Positions 1 to 11,579 of a stretch of DNA of 64,000 nucleotides are shown here, piece after piece. The translations under genes were made by a program, and so were the position numbers. This DNA comes from Cirrosporium novae-zelandiae (Eukaryota): the NCBI GenBank assembly GCA_026023565.1, contig JAPETS010000030.1, forward strand, positions 186,001-250,000, written 5' to 3'. Each line of letters starts with the position of its first letter. Within the stretch, counting starts at the first letter, position 1. Below the pieces are notes generated by a model, which did no database searches, had not been told where the DNA came from, and saw only the letters and a list, made by a program, of their open reading frames with translations.

Positions 1-526
1 GGCTGAGGAAGGGGGTGAAGGGGAAGGGGAAGGGGAAAGGGAAAGGGAAGGGGGGGATGAAAAGGAAAGGGAGGAGGGGGATACGACTGTTATACCTAAG
101 GAGCAGGATGAGTTGTGATTGTTGCGTGCGGGATTTGGTATATGATGGGGGAGGGTGTTTGTTTTTGGGAGGTTACTCTAGGTTGTTCTCTATGAAGAAC
201 AGGAATTGATGATACAAGTATAGGCTACAAGTATAGACACACAGGTTTACAATGTCAAACAATCTTAAATTCATGTGGTTCCCTGTAATACAATGGGCAA
301 GAAAGCCGAATCGAAACAGCCGATCGGATTAAATAAATATACTGCGCCTCAAAACGTCCTTATTTTGCCCCGTCCAACCAATGCAGAAGATCCTATACCC
401 AAAGAAAACGTGTGTTCAGATAAAAGACGGATGTGCGACATCAAGGTCAACCACTTTCATACAGCCATATGCGCATTAATGCATGTCATATCCTTCATGC
501 CCTCTCAACTTGCACCCACGACCAGT

Positions 527-1469
527 TTAGAGAATCCTGCAGGACCTCTTCTTCGATTTTTTCCCTCCATGACGTGTTGAGCCTTGATTCGTTTGCGTTT
601 CGATTTCCGAATCGACGGCAATGTCCACCGCTAGTTCAAAAACTTCATCAACACCTTTCATTTCTTTGCTGCTGCACTCGACATAGCAGGCTCCCATTTG
701 ATCTGCCACCGCCTTGCCTTGATCTGGAGTGACCGGTGTTAACCCCTGTGTCTTGAGAAGATCTATGCATGTTTTCTTCGATCGCAAATCCGACTTCAGG
801 CCGACAAGGATCAAAGGGGTGTTGGGACAAAAGTGGACAACTTCGGGGTACCACTAAGGGTTGGTTAGATTTTGCATACACCATAGAACTGGAAAATAGA
901 ATTGGAAAGCTCACCTTGTCCATGACATTTTCTAATGAATTCGGGCAGTCAATGGCAAAGCAGACGAATAGTAGATCGGTTTCAGGATATGAAAGGGGTC
1001 GTAGTCGATCATATTCTTCCTGGCCAGCAGTATCCCATAGAGCTAGCTCAACACCTTTTCCCGTAGGGGCATGGACGGTATGAGTTATATAATTCTCAAA
1101 TACAGTAGGAACATATTTCTATTATTTATTAGTATAACTCCAAAATTCCGACTAGAAAAAACCAACCTCTGGAAAGTATCCTTTGCTATAACTGATGAGA
1201 AGACAAGTTTTTCCACATCCTCCATCTCCAACCACGACAAACTTTTTCGAGAATGCTGGAGGTTGAGTGATATTGGTGGCCTGGGACATTGCACTACTTG
1301 AGGCGGTGCTGACATGTGTGCTGGAGGTAGCGTTGCTTTTTCTTGCGCTTTGATGGCGAACAACAGATTTACGTTTGGGTGAAACGGATACTGAAGGAGC
1401 CTTTTCACTCAGAATTGAAGAATGGCGGCGAATGTGGTCAAAACGACTATTGTGGGCTTGGACAGACAT
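527..1469 (-). CDS. RHO4: Rho4-like small GTPase (exons 1469-1167, 1118-915, 853-527)
   Basis: P-loop GDGGCGKT; spliced effector loop [40 protein letters not shown]-terminal polybasic region + CAAX (CRIL); long N-terminal extension typical of Rho4; canonical introns keep frame. Confidence 0.9.
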
Positions 1470-2348
1470 GGTGGAAGGGGTGAATGAATGGAGCGGTGGA
1501 TAGAGCGGTATAGGTATGGTAGTTTATATGTATGGGATGTATGGGATGGAGTGTGCTGAATATGTGGTGGTTCTTCTCAATTATCAACAATGGCTAAATC
1601 ATGAAGACAAAAGGATGAGAAGAAAGTTGATTTTTCGGAGAATAATTAAAGGTCAATGGTAAAGCAAATAACAATGGGCTGTCGGTGACCTTCCAGTTAA
1701 AAGAGGGGATTTGTGGAGAAAGATGTGATCAAGGTCTATTTACAGCCAAGAAAATCATGTTGCTGGTGCAACCAATCTTTGGCGTTTCATCCAAGGCACC
1801 GACTTTTAATTTCAATTGGTCAGAGTCAAGGGATTTTCCAATTATCCACACATTTCATCGAACCATTTTACCAAGTAACTAACTATCTAACGTCAACTAG
1901 ATCATAGACATGGATTCTATTAATTGAACAATTAGACAGTCCATTGATTGATTGACCTTCATCTATTATCGATATGTCAAACTCTATCATCAGCCTCCTT
2001 CACGGACCCCTGCCTTGCCCGACTTAGAAATCCATGTCTTATCGATCGTATTTACATTACCATCACAGATCAAAGCTTGAATGTTACAATATTAAAAGTA
2101 TTTCCTCCAGATCAATAGTGATACTTTGCTCAAGAATATTGCTGACTTTTGAAACGACATAGCTACTTCTCTTTGCGGACTACTACTTAAACTTGCCAAG
2201 TCACCTTAATTGAAGCATGATCGCAACATCTGATTAGTGCTACACTCCTTAAAAACAACCAGCTTGCCATTGCTGATGGCTTTACCTTCCTATTTATTCA
2301 CGATTGATTATTGTATATCCATTTGTTGTTGTATTCAACCCATACACC

Positions 2349-4227
2349 ATGGCTACACTTAAACCCGATGCTGGGATGCGAAATCTCGATCATTGTATGC
2401 TACTCCACTCTGGGATCATCCGGAAGAGTGCATGAGAAAGGCGATGGAAAACAATCTAACCTGGGATGCGAAATAGATAAAAATAAACTTCCACTATGGC
2501 GTTACAACCCTCGCCAACGACTGATTCCATTTATACGACAAGAAACACCTTATCTGGCATGGCTGCAAGACCATTGCCGAACACCTGTGCTTGATTCATA
2601 TTTTGCTATTACGGCTAACCTTGGAACACATACGGCTTTTGTGGTCATGTTGCCAATTCTTTTCTGGTTTGGATACACCCATCTTGGTCGAGCGTATGTA
2701 TGAACGGTCCCATCAGGCATACAAGTTTTCTGATTAGATGATAAGGATCGTTCATGTTCTAGCGCTCGGTGTATACTGGAGTGGATTTGTAAAGGATCTA
2801 TTATGCCTTCCGAGGCCATTATCCCCGCCAATCCAGAGGATCACAATGTCTGGCACGGCAGCTCTTGAATATGGATTTCCTTCAACACATTCCACCAATG
2901 CCATGTCGGTGGTAGTGTATTCGTTTTTCTGTCTCCATTCTTCAGATTCAACATTTAGTCCGAGTACTAAGCTCATTTTAGAGATATGCCTATATTGGTA
3001 TGCTGTATCAATTATCTTTGGTAGAATGTATTGTGGCATGCATGGGTTTTTCGATGTAGTTATTGGAATGGTTATTGGAGCAAGCGTGTCTCTCTTGCAG
3101 TGGGGGTTTGGCAATGCCTTTGATGAATTTATTTTGAATGGCTCCATTAAATCTCTCTTCTTTACTATCGGGGTGATTCTACTTTTGATACGAGTCCATC
3201 CGGAACCGGCCGATGACTGTCCTTGTTTCGACGATAGCGTATGCTTTTCCGGAGTGTTGATAGGAGCAGAGATTGGGAATTGGCATTATGCGGGGAGTAA
3301 ATATTCCTGGAATGAACCTGTACCGGCTACAGTACCATTTCAGTATCAAGAACTTGGATTGACCATATCTATCCTGAGAGTGGTAGTTGGAGTTGGCATA
3401 ATCATTGTTTGGAGAGAGATTGCAAAGCCAACACTTCTCCGGTTTCTTCCTCCTCTGTTCCGTGTGCTGGAGAATTTCAACCTGAATTTACCGCGAAGAT
3501 TTTTCACAGTCGCCTCGTGAGTAGATACGACATGACTCGCATCGTCATATTTTGTGCTTACTACGTTACAGACAATACGAAAAGGTTCCAAAGGACCTCA
3601 AAGATGATAATGTCATTCCTTCGGTATCTGAAATTCCTACACTCCTCGATAATATGAGGCATCCACGACTACGAGCAATCTCCGTGGGACCACAATCCGA
3701 AGCTGATGCATATGAAGCTTTAGCTTACCATGAACAAAGACGACGTGAGAGCATGAACTCTCCAAATCCAGATCTCATGAAGGATAACGAAAAGGGCTTG
3801 AATGGTGATGCTCATAAATATTTTGATGAAACAATTTTACCCAAACGACCGTTATCATTCCCTACACGGCCGAATTTCGAATTACATCGTTATGAGCCTC
3901 AAATAGGCAATGGGACGGCCATCTCGCCCTTTTATGGAATGAAGCATGAGAAGAACCAGATATCCATCGACATGAACGAGGATGTTATAGATGAGAAGCC
4001 AGACGCGGAGGATGAACAGCGAGTCTTTTCAACTCTTGAAAAACCTCGTGTTCGGTATGACGTTGAAGTTGTTACCAAACTCGTCGTCTATACAGGTAAG
4101 TCTGGGAGCAGCATGTTGCAGCACGCATCGAGTTTTGGACAGATAACTGACGTGTTCTTAAGGAGTTGCTTGGTTAGCAGTAGAGGGTAATCCAATACTC
4201 TTCCAGCTCATGGGTCTGGGTTTGTAA
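2349..4227 (+). CDS. LCB3: Sphingoid long-chain base-1-phosphate phosphatase, PAP2 family (multi-exon)
   Basis: MATLKPDAGMRNLDH|YKNKLPLWRY N-terminus; PAP2 motifs KDLLCLPRP, EYGFPSTH, GRMYCGMHGFFD; HPEPADDCPCFDDSV; C-terminal RVRYDVEVVTKLVVY; stop TAA 4225-4227; canonical introns (first 2395-2476). Confidence 0.88.
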
Positions 4228-6642
4228 TGTTCATTTCTTTCGCGGCAAACCTTTCTGTGAATATGACCGGACATGCATAGATTCATTTTTCGTTCCTCTT
4301 TCAAAATATTTCCTTCATCTTCACGCCTCTCTACTAGGCGTTCGTTATGCATTCTCATAATGGGGTTGAACATGGCAGGTATGGCATGTATTTTTGGACA
4401 AGTTGCGGGTATATATTGCCTGGTAATGGAATGGGATTATTTCCTATGTATCAGTGTTATATTTGCTGCCTTTGACTAGAGTTGTGGACAAAACCTAATT
4501 GAAATAACTCCGAAGGTATGGTTCTACTCATGCTAATATCCCCAACGTACTTCTACACAGCACACTAGAAATTTAAGTAAAGTAAATACAATGACATCTC
4601 GTCCGTTACTCAAAACCCACAAATTATTTCCCTTTCCCTCATCTTCTCATCTATCCATGTTAGCTCTCTTGAACGTGCAGTCCCTCACTACTCACTAGTT
4701 AGATATATTGTTGTGCCTACCCACTCACATACCTGAACTCAAAATCCGACCGACTGACCGATAAACCTAAACATGCAAAACCTTTAATTACATTCTACTT
4801 TGAATTTCCAAACTCAATCCATCCCATCCATCACCTACCTTCATAATTAATACCACCACCTTCTTCCACCCACCCCTCTATACAGACAAAAACAAAAATT
4901 TTGTAATCTTAACTCCTACTCTACTCTACTTCACTCACATCTCTCTCCCTCTTCCCATCCATCCTCCACCGTAAATGCACATCCCACATCAACAACAAAT
5001 CTCGGCTTCCATCCCGTCAAACCATCGAATCGGATAACATGGTGGCTCGCAAAACGGCCCGCTCCCGCCTTTTTACCGAATTTATGCTAGCCATGCACGC
5101 ACGCACGCACATTAATTAAGTTAGGGTGTGTAGATCTCCCGGCGGGTAGTTAATTTAAGATTTTTGTAGGGGTAGGGGACAGGGGGACAGGGGGGTTTTT
5201 CGTTATTAGACGCGTGTTGTGATTAGATTAGATTAGATTAGACTTTTGTAAGGGGAAAAGGGGAAGAAGGGGCTTGGCGTGTAGTGTTGGATGGATGTCA
5301 TAAGTATTAGGCTTGGGTGGGATTGGGATTGGGTTTGGATTCGATTTTTAAGAACGCTGGCTAGGTAGTGATTGGGTCGGTTATGAACTGGTTATTAGTT
5401 GTTTTTCTTCTAGTAGGTAGGTACCTAGGTAGGTTTGATATAGAAATTTAAGGGTTTGGGATAGGGTTTTTTGTGTGTACATGTACGAGAGGGTTGTTTG
5501 TTTGGAATGGAATCGGAGGATTGTATGTATTTTTTTTATTTTGTTTTTGGTTGGGGTTTAATTCCAAAGCCTAATACGTATATGTGTCCATGTGAATGGG
5601 TTTTTGGTTTTTGGAGTTGGGAGAGAGTAGTAGTGACTGGGGATTTTATTTTATTTTATGGAGGTTTGGATATATTATTTTGTTAATAGGGTCATTGGAA
5701 TGAGATGAAGTGGGATAACAAGTTTACCGTTTTAGTTGGAAGATGGAGGTTTGGAAATTGGAAATTGGGATTTGTTATCTACTATCTACTATCTAGAGGG
5801 ACAGAGAGAGTGAGTGAGTTAGGTAGGAGAACTTAAAGAAGTTGTTGGATTGTTGAGATTTTGAGATTGGAAGGATTAATTTGGGATGGGATGGGATGGA
5901 TGATTGTTCTAATTGTAATTGTATGCAGCAGAGTAAGGTAAAGTCTCCTTCTAGATTTACTGCCAGAGGTAGAAAAGGTGAGATGAGATGGGCGGCCGAG
6001 TCTCTTATCGTCTGGAGAAGTTGTGGCGTTTGTCTAGTCTTCAAAGTGAGATTAGCAAAAAATATGGTCAAGTCTCTGGATTGATGGGAGGAATGCTTTT
6101 TGCTTCTACAAAGTTGCTGTGTGTGAATCATGAAAACAGTGTCTGCCCCAAGCTGTGCGTTCATACCTGACTTGAGCTGGGGAGTCAAAGCTCAACCCTG
6201 TTGATTCCTTGTCTCTGACAAAAGTCCCTGCACTTCCTCAAGATCTGGTGATTATGATGGCTTCGTGTAGAGTTTATGAACGTAGAGGCTCGGGAGTAGC
6301 TTGCTTCTCAACACAGAGGGGAAGAAATAGGAGTAGCACAAAATGATAAGAATGGCATGGTAAAAATGACAAGTGCCTTGCTCTCTTCTTCAAGACCTGA
6401 AGGACACGAATTGATGGACGCGGTAGCACGTAAAAGCTTTGATAGTGAGATCAACGTAAACAACACAAGGCTCAACATTGTCCCAGAAGGGTTGTGCCCT
6501 CACTTGCTGGAGAGTCCTTACTTGTTCTCCTAAGATAACCAGCCTCTCGAAACCAGAGTCAACAATCACAGCGACTCGCTACTCTCAGGGATCTCACGGT
6601 AAGACCCATTAAGCAGGCAACCAACTCCCAGGAGGTTTTTTT

Positions 6643-6700
6643 TATAAATTCCTCACTTCTTCTCCTCTCCCTTCTTCTTCTCTTCCACCACACACTTTCT
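6643..6700 (+). promoter_or_regulatory. TATA box followed by CT-rich tract upstream of the ULP1-like gene
   Basis: TATAAA at 6643-6648 then a pyrimidine tract, about 100 nt upstream of ATG 6746; usual filamentous-fungal core promoter layout. Confidence 0.5.
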
Positions 6701-6745
6701 AACAGAACTCTTTCACCAAGCAGACTACGAACCAACTTTTCAAGG

Positions 6746-9700
6746 ATGTTGCGGGCTTCCGCATCCCAATGCTCAGGGAGCCCTATGGCTCAAAAGAGAT
6801 CTTTCTTCTGGGGGAGATACCCCGGGGGTCAAGGACCCCAAAGATTAGTAAGTGAACCTGATCCCATCTCAAGTTACTACCAGCCCATGGTAGAATACTC
6901 TTCTATTCTTCTGTTCTTCTGTTCTTTTTCTTGTCTCCCATCCTTCGTCTTTCATGAGAGGTGACCTCAAGCGAGAGCTCAAGATACTTAAAATTCACCG
7001 TGTAAACTTAAATCAAATGCTAACCTCTACTTAATTAGGGCTTTCTCCGAGAGGGGAAGAGGGAGTTGGCGATCCCGACGGCGAAGCTAAAGGAGGGGCA
7101 GTGGGTTTCAATGCCACTGCCCAGTCGAGTTCTTGCCGATGCGATGGAACTCGACAGCCGCGAGGAGGAGTTGGAATCCCTTCTCGCGGCTATTAGTCAG
7201 CCGGTCGAGGTAAGCGAAGATCTCCCCCATGAATCTCGTCACTTTGCCTGTAGCTTTTTTGACCGGGGTTCATTTCATTTGTTTTATGCCCAAAATTTTG
7301 AATGACCTCACTTTCGTTTTACCTCTGCTTGTCGATCTTTATGGATACCGATCCCTAACAAATGTCTAGATCGTCTCACCCTTCTTCCCCCCTCCCCGAC
7401 AATCCCTCCCAACCAACAAGCGAGAGCGGGCAGCGCGCCGAGCCTGGCGACGAAAAGGCAATACAATGTTGGAGAACATCCAGGAGAAAATCTACCGCGT
7501 GTTCACCTCGAGGAGAAAAAATCCTCGCTTGGGAGCGAGAGAAGACTTGACGACGGCCGTTGAACGTTTCCAAGCGTGGATCTTGCATTACCTTTGGAAC
7601 TTCACTCCCATCCCCGTCTACCAAAAAGTAGTCAGGTCTCGCTTCATTCTCAAGAAACTCTCCTTACCGCCAACATATGAAGCTCGAGGCAGTTCTCGCA
7701 AACGCCCTCACCCTCTCACCCCCATGTCTGATGCAGATAAGCTAGATTTCATCAAAGAGGAATCACTTGAGTCTGACGGATTGAGTTACTTGTCAATGAA
7801 TGAGCGCATCGCACGTCGCATGTTCCAACTTAATCCTGAGTATTACTCAAAGTGGAAGAAGTCACGCACTCCAAGCAGTAACCGCTATCGCATTTTGAAG
7901 GGTAGAGCAACCGTATCCATGCGACGTGACGGAACAACTGCTCCTAGGGCCTTGTTAGTAGGCGTTAGTCACCGAAGGCTACCTGCGATGAAAGCCAAAT
8001 CAAGCCCATTCAGCATGAGTGTTACTCCTCCCATCAATGTTGAAAATGACCTCAAGAGCCAAATGATGGACATCGAAGACTCAATTCCAACTCACTTTGC
8101 CGACACCTCACACCAACCATCTACCGTACTCACCAATTATGGATCTTCCTCTTCGGATCCTGTCACAATTACTGAAGGACATCCTATTGTTCAAGGTGTT
8201 AAAGATCTCAGTCTTGAAGACAGTTCTGCTGCAAATACGCTTGGTCTTGGCGTTTGGACTGCACCCGACAATGCCGCGATAAACACCGGCATGAACTCTC
8301 AAATGGGCACCGTTACTGATGTCGCTACGAACACCACCATGAACAACAATGTGGGCACCTATATGGGCACCACCAATACTCTCACGGGCACCGGTATTAC
8401 GGGCACCACCATGGAAGCGATGACATGCGCTCCAGATACTACTACAGACGCGGTTGCAGATACTACTACAGACGTGGTTGCAGATACTACTACAAACGCG
8501 AATGTTGACATGGAATATGCCATGGACACCAACGAGATGATTACCATGCATACTGCCAACGGCGAAAGTTCTCTCCAGCAAGCTCAAGTACCAGAAACCT
8601 CGGCTTCAGCTTCCGAATTCACTTTTATCGACAAGGGCAAAGCACCTGCCAAGCAGATTGCTGACTTTACAGAAGCCTCGGCTTCGGGTTCTGAATCTAC
8701 TTATGTCAACAAGGGCAAAGCACCTGCCAAGCAGACTGTTGATTCTACAAACGCCTCTAGTTCAATCTCTCAACTTTCCGCTAGAAAAATCAAACCTCTC
8801 CCTGCCAGAAGACGCAAAGCTCCCATTGGACAAGGCATTGATCATACAGAATTCTCGGCTCCAACTTCTAGTTTTGCTGGTTTCGACAAGGGCAAAAGTC
8901 CCATCAGGCCAGTTGATCCAAATATCGCTGGACCATCTTCTGAGTCTACGCATATTGCCAAGGGTGAAGATACTATCAATCAGAATGATACAAGTGTCGC
9001 TGAATCTCTGTCCGATGACGACGACAGATCTGACCTTTCTTCTATTGACTCGGACGTTGGAGACTTTGATGGAGACTTGGAACAGCTACTCTTGGCAGAG
9101 CTTCAAAAGCCGTCAAGCAGTTCGTCAAGTAATAGTTCTCCGTCATGGGTTACACCCAAGAATGCACCTACGATGAGCATGGTCCAGAACCAGCCCATTT
9201 TTAACTCGAGCACTCCTCCAAATGGCTTTCGACCAAGCACTCCAAATCAGCAACCTAGTTTCCCAAGTTCGCTGCAACATACTCCAACACTGCGACCTAG
9301 TTTCCCAAGTCCGATGCAAGGTACTCCAACACAGCAACCTAGTTTCCCAAGTCCAATACAGGATACTCCAACACAGCGACCTAGCTTCCCAAGTCCAATG
9401 CAAGGTACTCCAACACAGCGACTTAAACTTAGTTTCCCAAGACCACCGCAAGATACCTCAACCCAGCCACCTAGTTCCCCAAGTCGGCTACTAAATACAA
9501 GTCAAAGACCTAGCTTCCCAAGTCCGCGACCAGTTAGCACCTATTCTCAGGAGACCTTCGAGGACCGATTTGTCAAGTTAAAGGTTTCCAATGATGCTGA
9601 GGCCAAGAGAGCTGAAGATCAACGAAAGAAGGACGAAGAGGAGCGAGTGATACAAGAGAGGAGGACAGGAGTCGTTAAAATACCCAAGAAACATTTCATT

Positions 9701-10465
9701 CAACCGATCGACAATGATACTGAAAGAATGATCTTGGAACAGGTCAGCAAAGGCGCGTATGAAACCGTCAAAATAGGGAAGATGGAAATCCTTACAGGAG
9801 ATTTGATTCGTTGTTATCCATCAGAGGACAAATGCGGAAAAGTTCAATGGCTGAATGACACAGTCATAGATCTCTACTTCGACCTCATTGTCAAGTACGC
9901 AAACAACAGAGCTTCGGAAGCTGAGCGTGAGGCTGGCCATCTCTACGGATGTTTTACAACCCAATTCTACACGGCCCTTATGGATAAGGAGAATGGTCTC
10001 ACACGCGTAAAGAATTGGGCAAGGAGGAGAGGATTCAATGGAAAGAAGATTTTCAACATGAATCGCATATTCATCCCCATGAATCCAACCGGCTGTCATT
10101 GGACTCTAATGGTCATTACTCCCGGTGCACCGGCAGGCCAACGCCTCAACTATTACGATTCTCTAGGTGGTGACAAGAGGGGATCTTTGGCCCATTATCG
10201 GAATATCAAGAACTGGTTGAACCAAGAACTCGGCGCCGACTTTGATGAACACTACTGGGGTTTCCTACCGCGAGATTATTCTCCTCGACAAAACAACAGT
10301 GACGATTGTGGAGTTTTCGCTTGTACGTCGGCGAAATGTCTCATGCTTGGTATCGATCCTATGGCTATCAAGCCAACCGATATGAAGCTACAAAGGAAAC
10401 GAATAGTAGGCGAGATTATCAACGAAGGGTTCGAGGGTAAACTAGCACCCGAAATTGAGTGGTAG
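6746..10465 (+). CDS. ULP1: Ulp1/SENP-family SUMO protease (peptidase C48), about 1122 aa with two upstream exons (6746-6847, 7039-7209, 7370-10465)
   Basis: C-terminal C48 domain: WLNDTVIDLY, HWTLMVI (His), YYDSLG (Asp), QNNSDDCGVF (Gln/Cys). Upstream phase-0 introns GTAAGT..GCTAAC..TAG and GTAAGC..CCTAAC..TAG join stop-free in frame to the 999-aa ORF. Confidence 0.85.
8433..8740 (+). repeat. Coding tandem repeats in ULP1: 24-bp x about 2.6 (DTTTDAVA) and 78-bp x2 (ETSASASEFTFIDKGKAPAKQ)
   Basis: cagatactactacagacg units at 8433/8457/8481; cagaa(a/g)cctcggcttc...acaagggcaaagcacctgccaagcaga units starting 8592 and 8670. Confidence 0.85.
9240..9530 (+). repeat. 42-bp coding minisatellite in ULP1 (QRPSFPSPMQGTPT x about 6)
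   Basis: acctag(t/c)ttcccaagt recurs at 9253, 9295, 9337, 9379 with degenerate copies to about 9525. Confidence 0.9.
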
Positions 10466-11579
10466 AGCCTAATGCTCTGACTTACCCAACGCGTACTCGA
10501 TGAGTCACTGCACATATTGAAGGGTAGGATGATGATGAATGGTTGTATGATACTGATGAGTCTTTCTAATGTTTTTTTCGACTGGGTTTTATGATAGTTT
10601 AAGCGAGTACGATGGTCCTTTTAATTTCTCTTTTTTCTTTTCTTTCTTTCTCGATAGATGTTAGTTTCTTCCTTTTTCCCTTTGTCATTATCGTCCCATG
10701 TACGTACTTTGCCCGATGATGGCGGTCAGTCTTCCACTGACATCATCTCATTTTCTGTTCTGATTTCCTCCTGGTCGAGGAGAAAAGAGGTAGCCATTCA
10801 GAATTGTTTCTTTGGGGCCATGGGCTACCTCACACTGCTCCTTGAGCGGATGTGATGATCTCGTTGGTCTTAAGGACGTGGTTCTACTGCCTGCTCTCCG
10901 AATATTCTCCCGGATTAATCAGACAGCGATGAGATGATGGTTCCTCGGTGGTAGCTACTTTTGGAGGGCTTAGTCATTCTTCATGTATCGTTTCTTTCAC
11001 TTGTCTTGTACTAGATCGCGTGCTCTTTTGGCGGATGGAAAGGAGTATGCTGGGAAGATACCCACGCCAGGTCAATGATACCTGAGCTATCGTGTTATTG
11101 TTTCATGCGTATGCGTCTGCGTCTGCGTCTGCGTCTGTGTTCATCTAAATAAATAGATAGAAAATCAATGAAAAAAGATGAAAATTAAAAAATCAAGCAA
11201 CCTTTGCTTTCTTGGTGTAGTCCATCTAGCTTTATGCCTGTCTAGTTTCCACTTGGGAAGCTCAGTGGGGAGCTCAGTGGGGAGCTCCCTTCTCGGAAAA
11301 TGCCAAGGCGATACTCAACGTCCTCCGGACCTAACGGACCGAAACTCCACCGCAGAAAATTCCCCCGAGTTTCTTTAGTCTCGGGAGGATTCATAGCAGC
11401 TTACAGCTAATCAATGTCCCCTCCTAAACCATACATGGCTCCAATGATTCAGCATTTGAATTTTTTGTTACTGTTCAAAATGCCTTTAGGCTTCAGGGAG
11501 GGGCAGTATTTAATGCCTTCCATTGTCTTTTGGGAAGAGCTTTTTGATATCATTTGACCGAAATTTACTGGGTACAATC

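Noticed and set aside
15..209. KG-repeat ORF at the window start
   Set aside because: Translation of a (gggaaa/ggggaa)n simple repeat.
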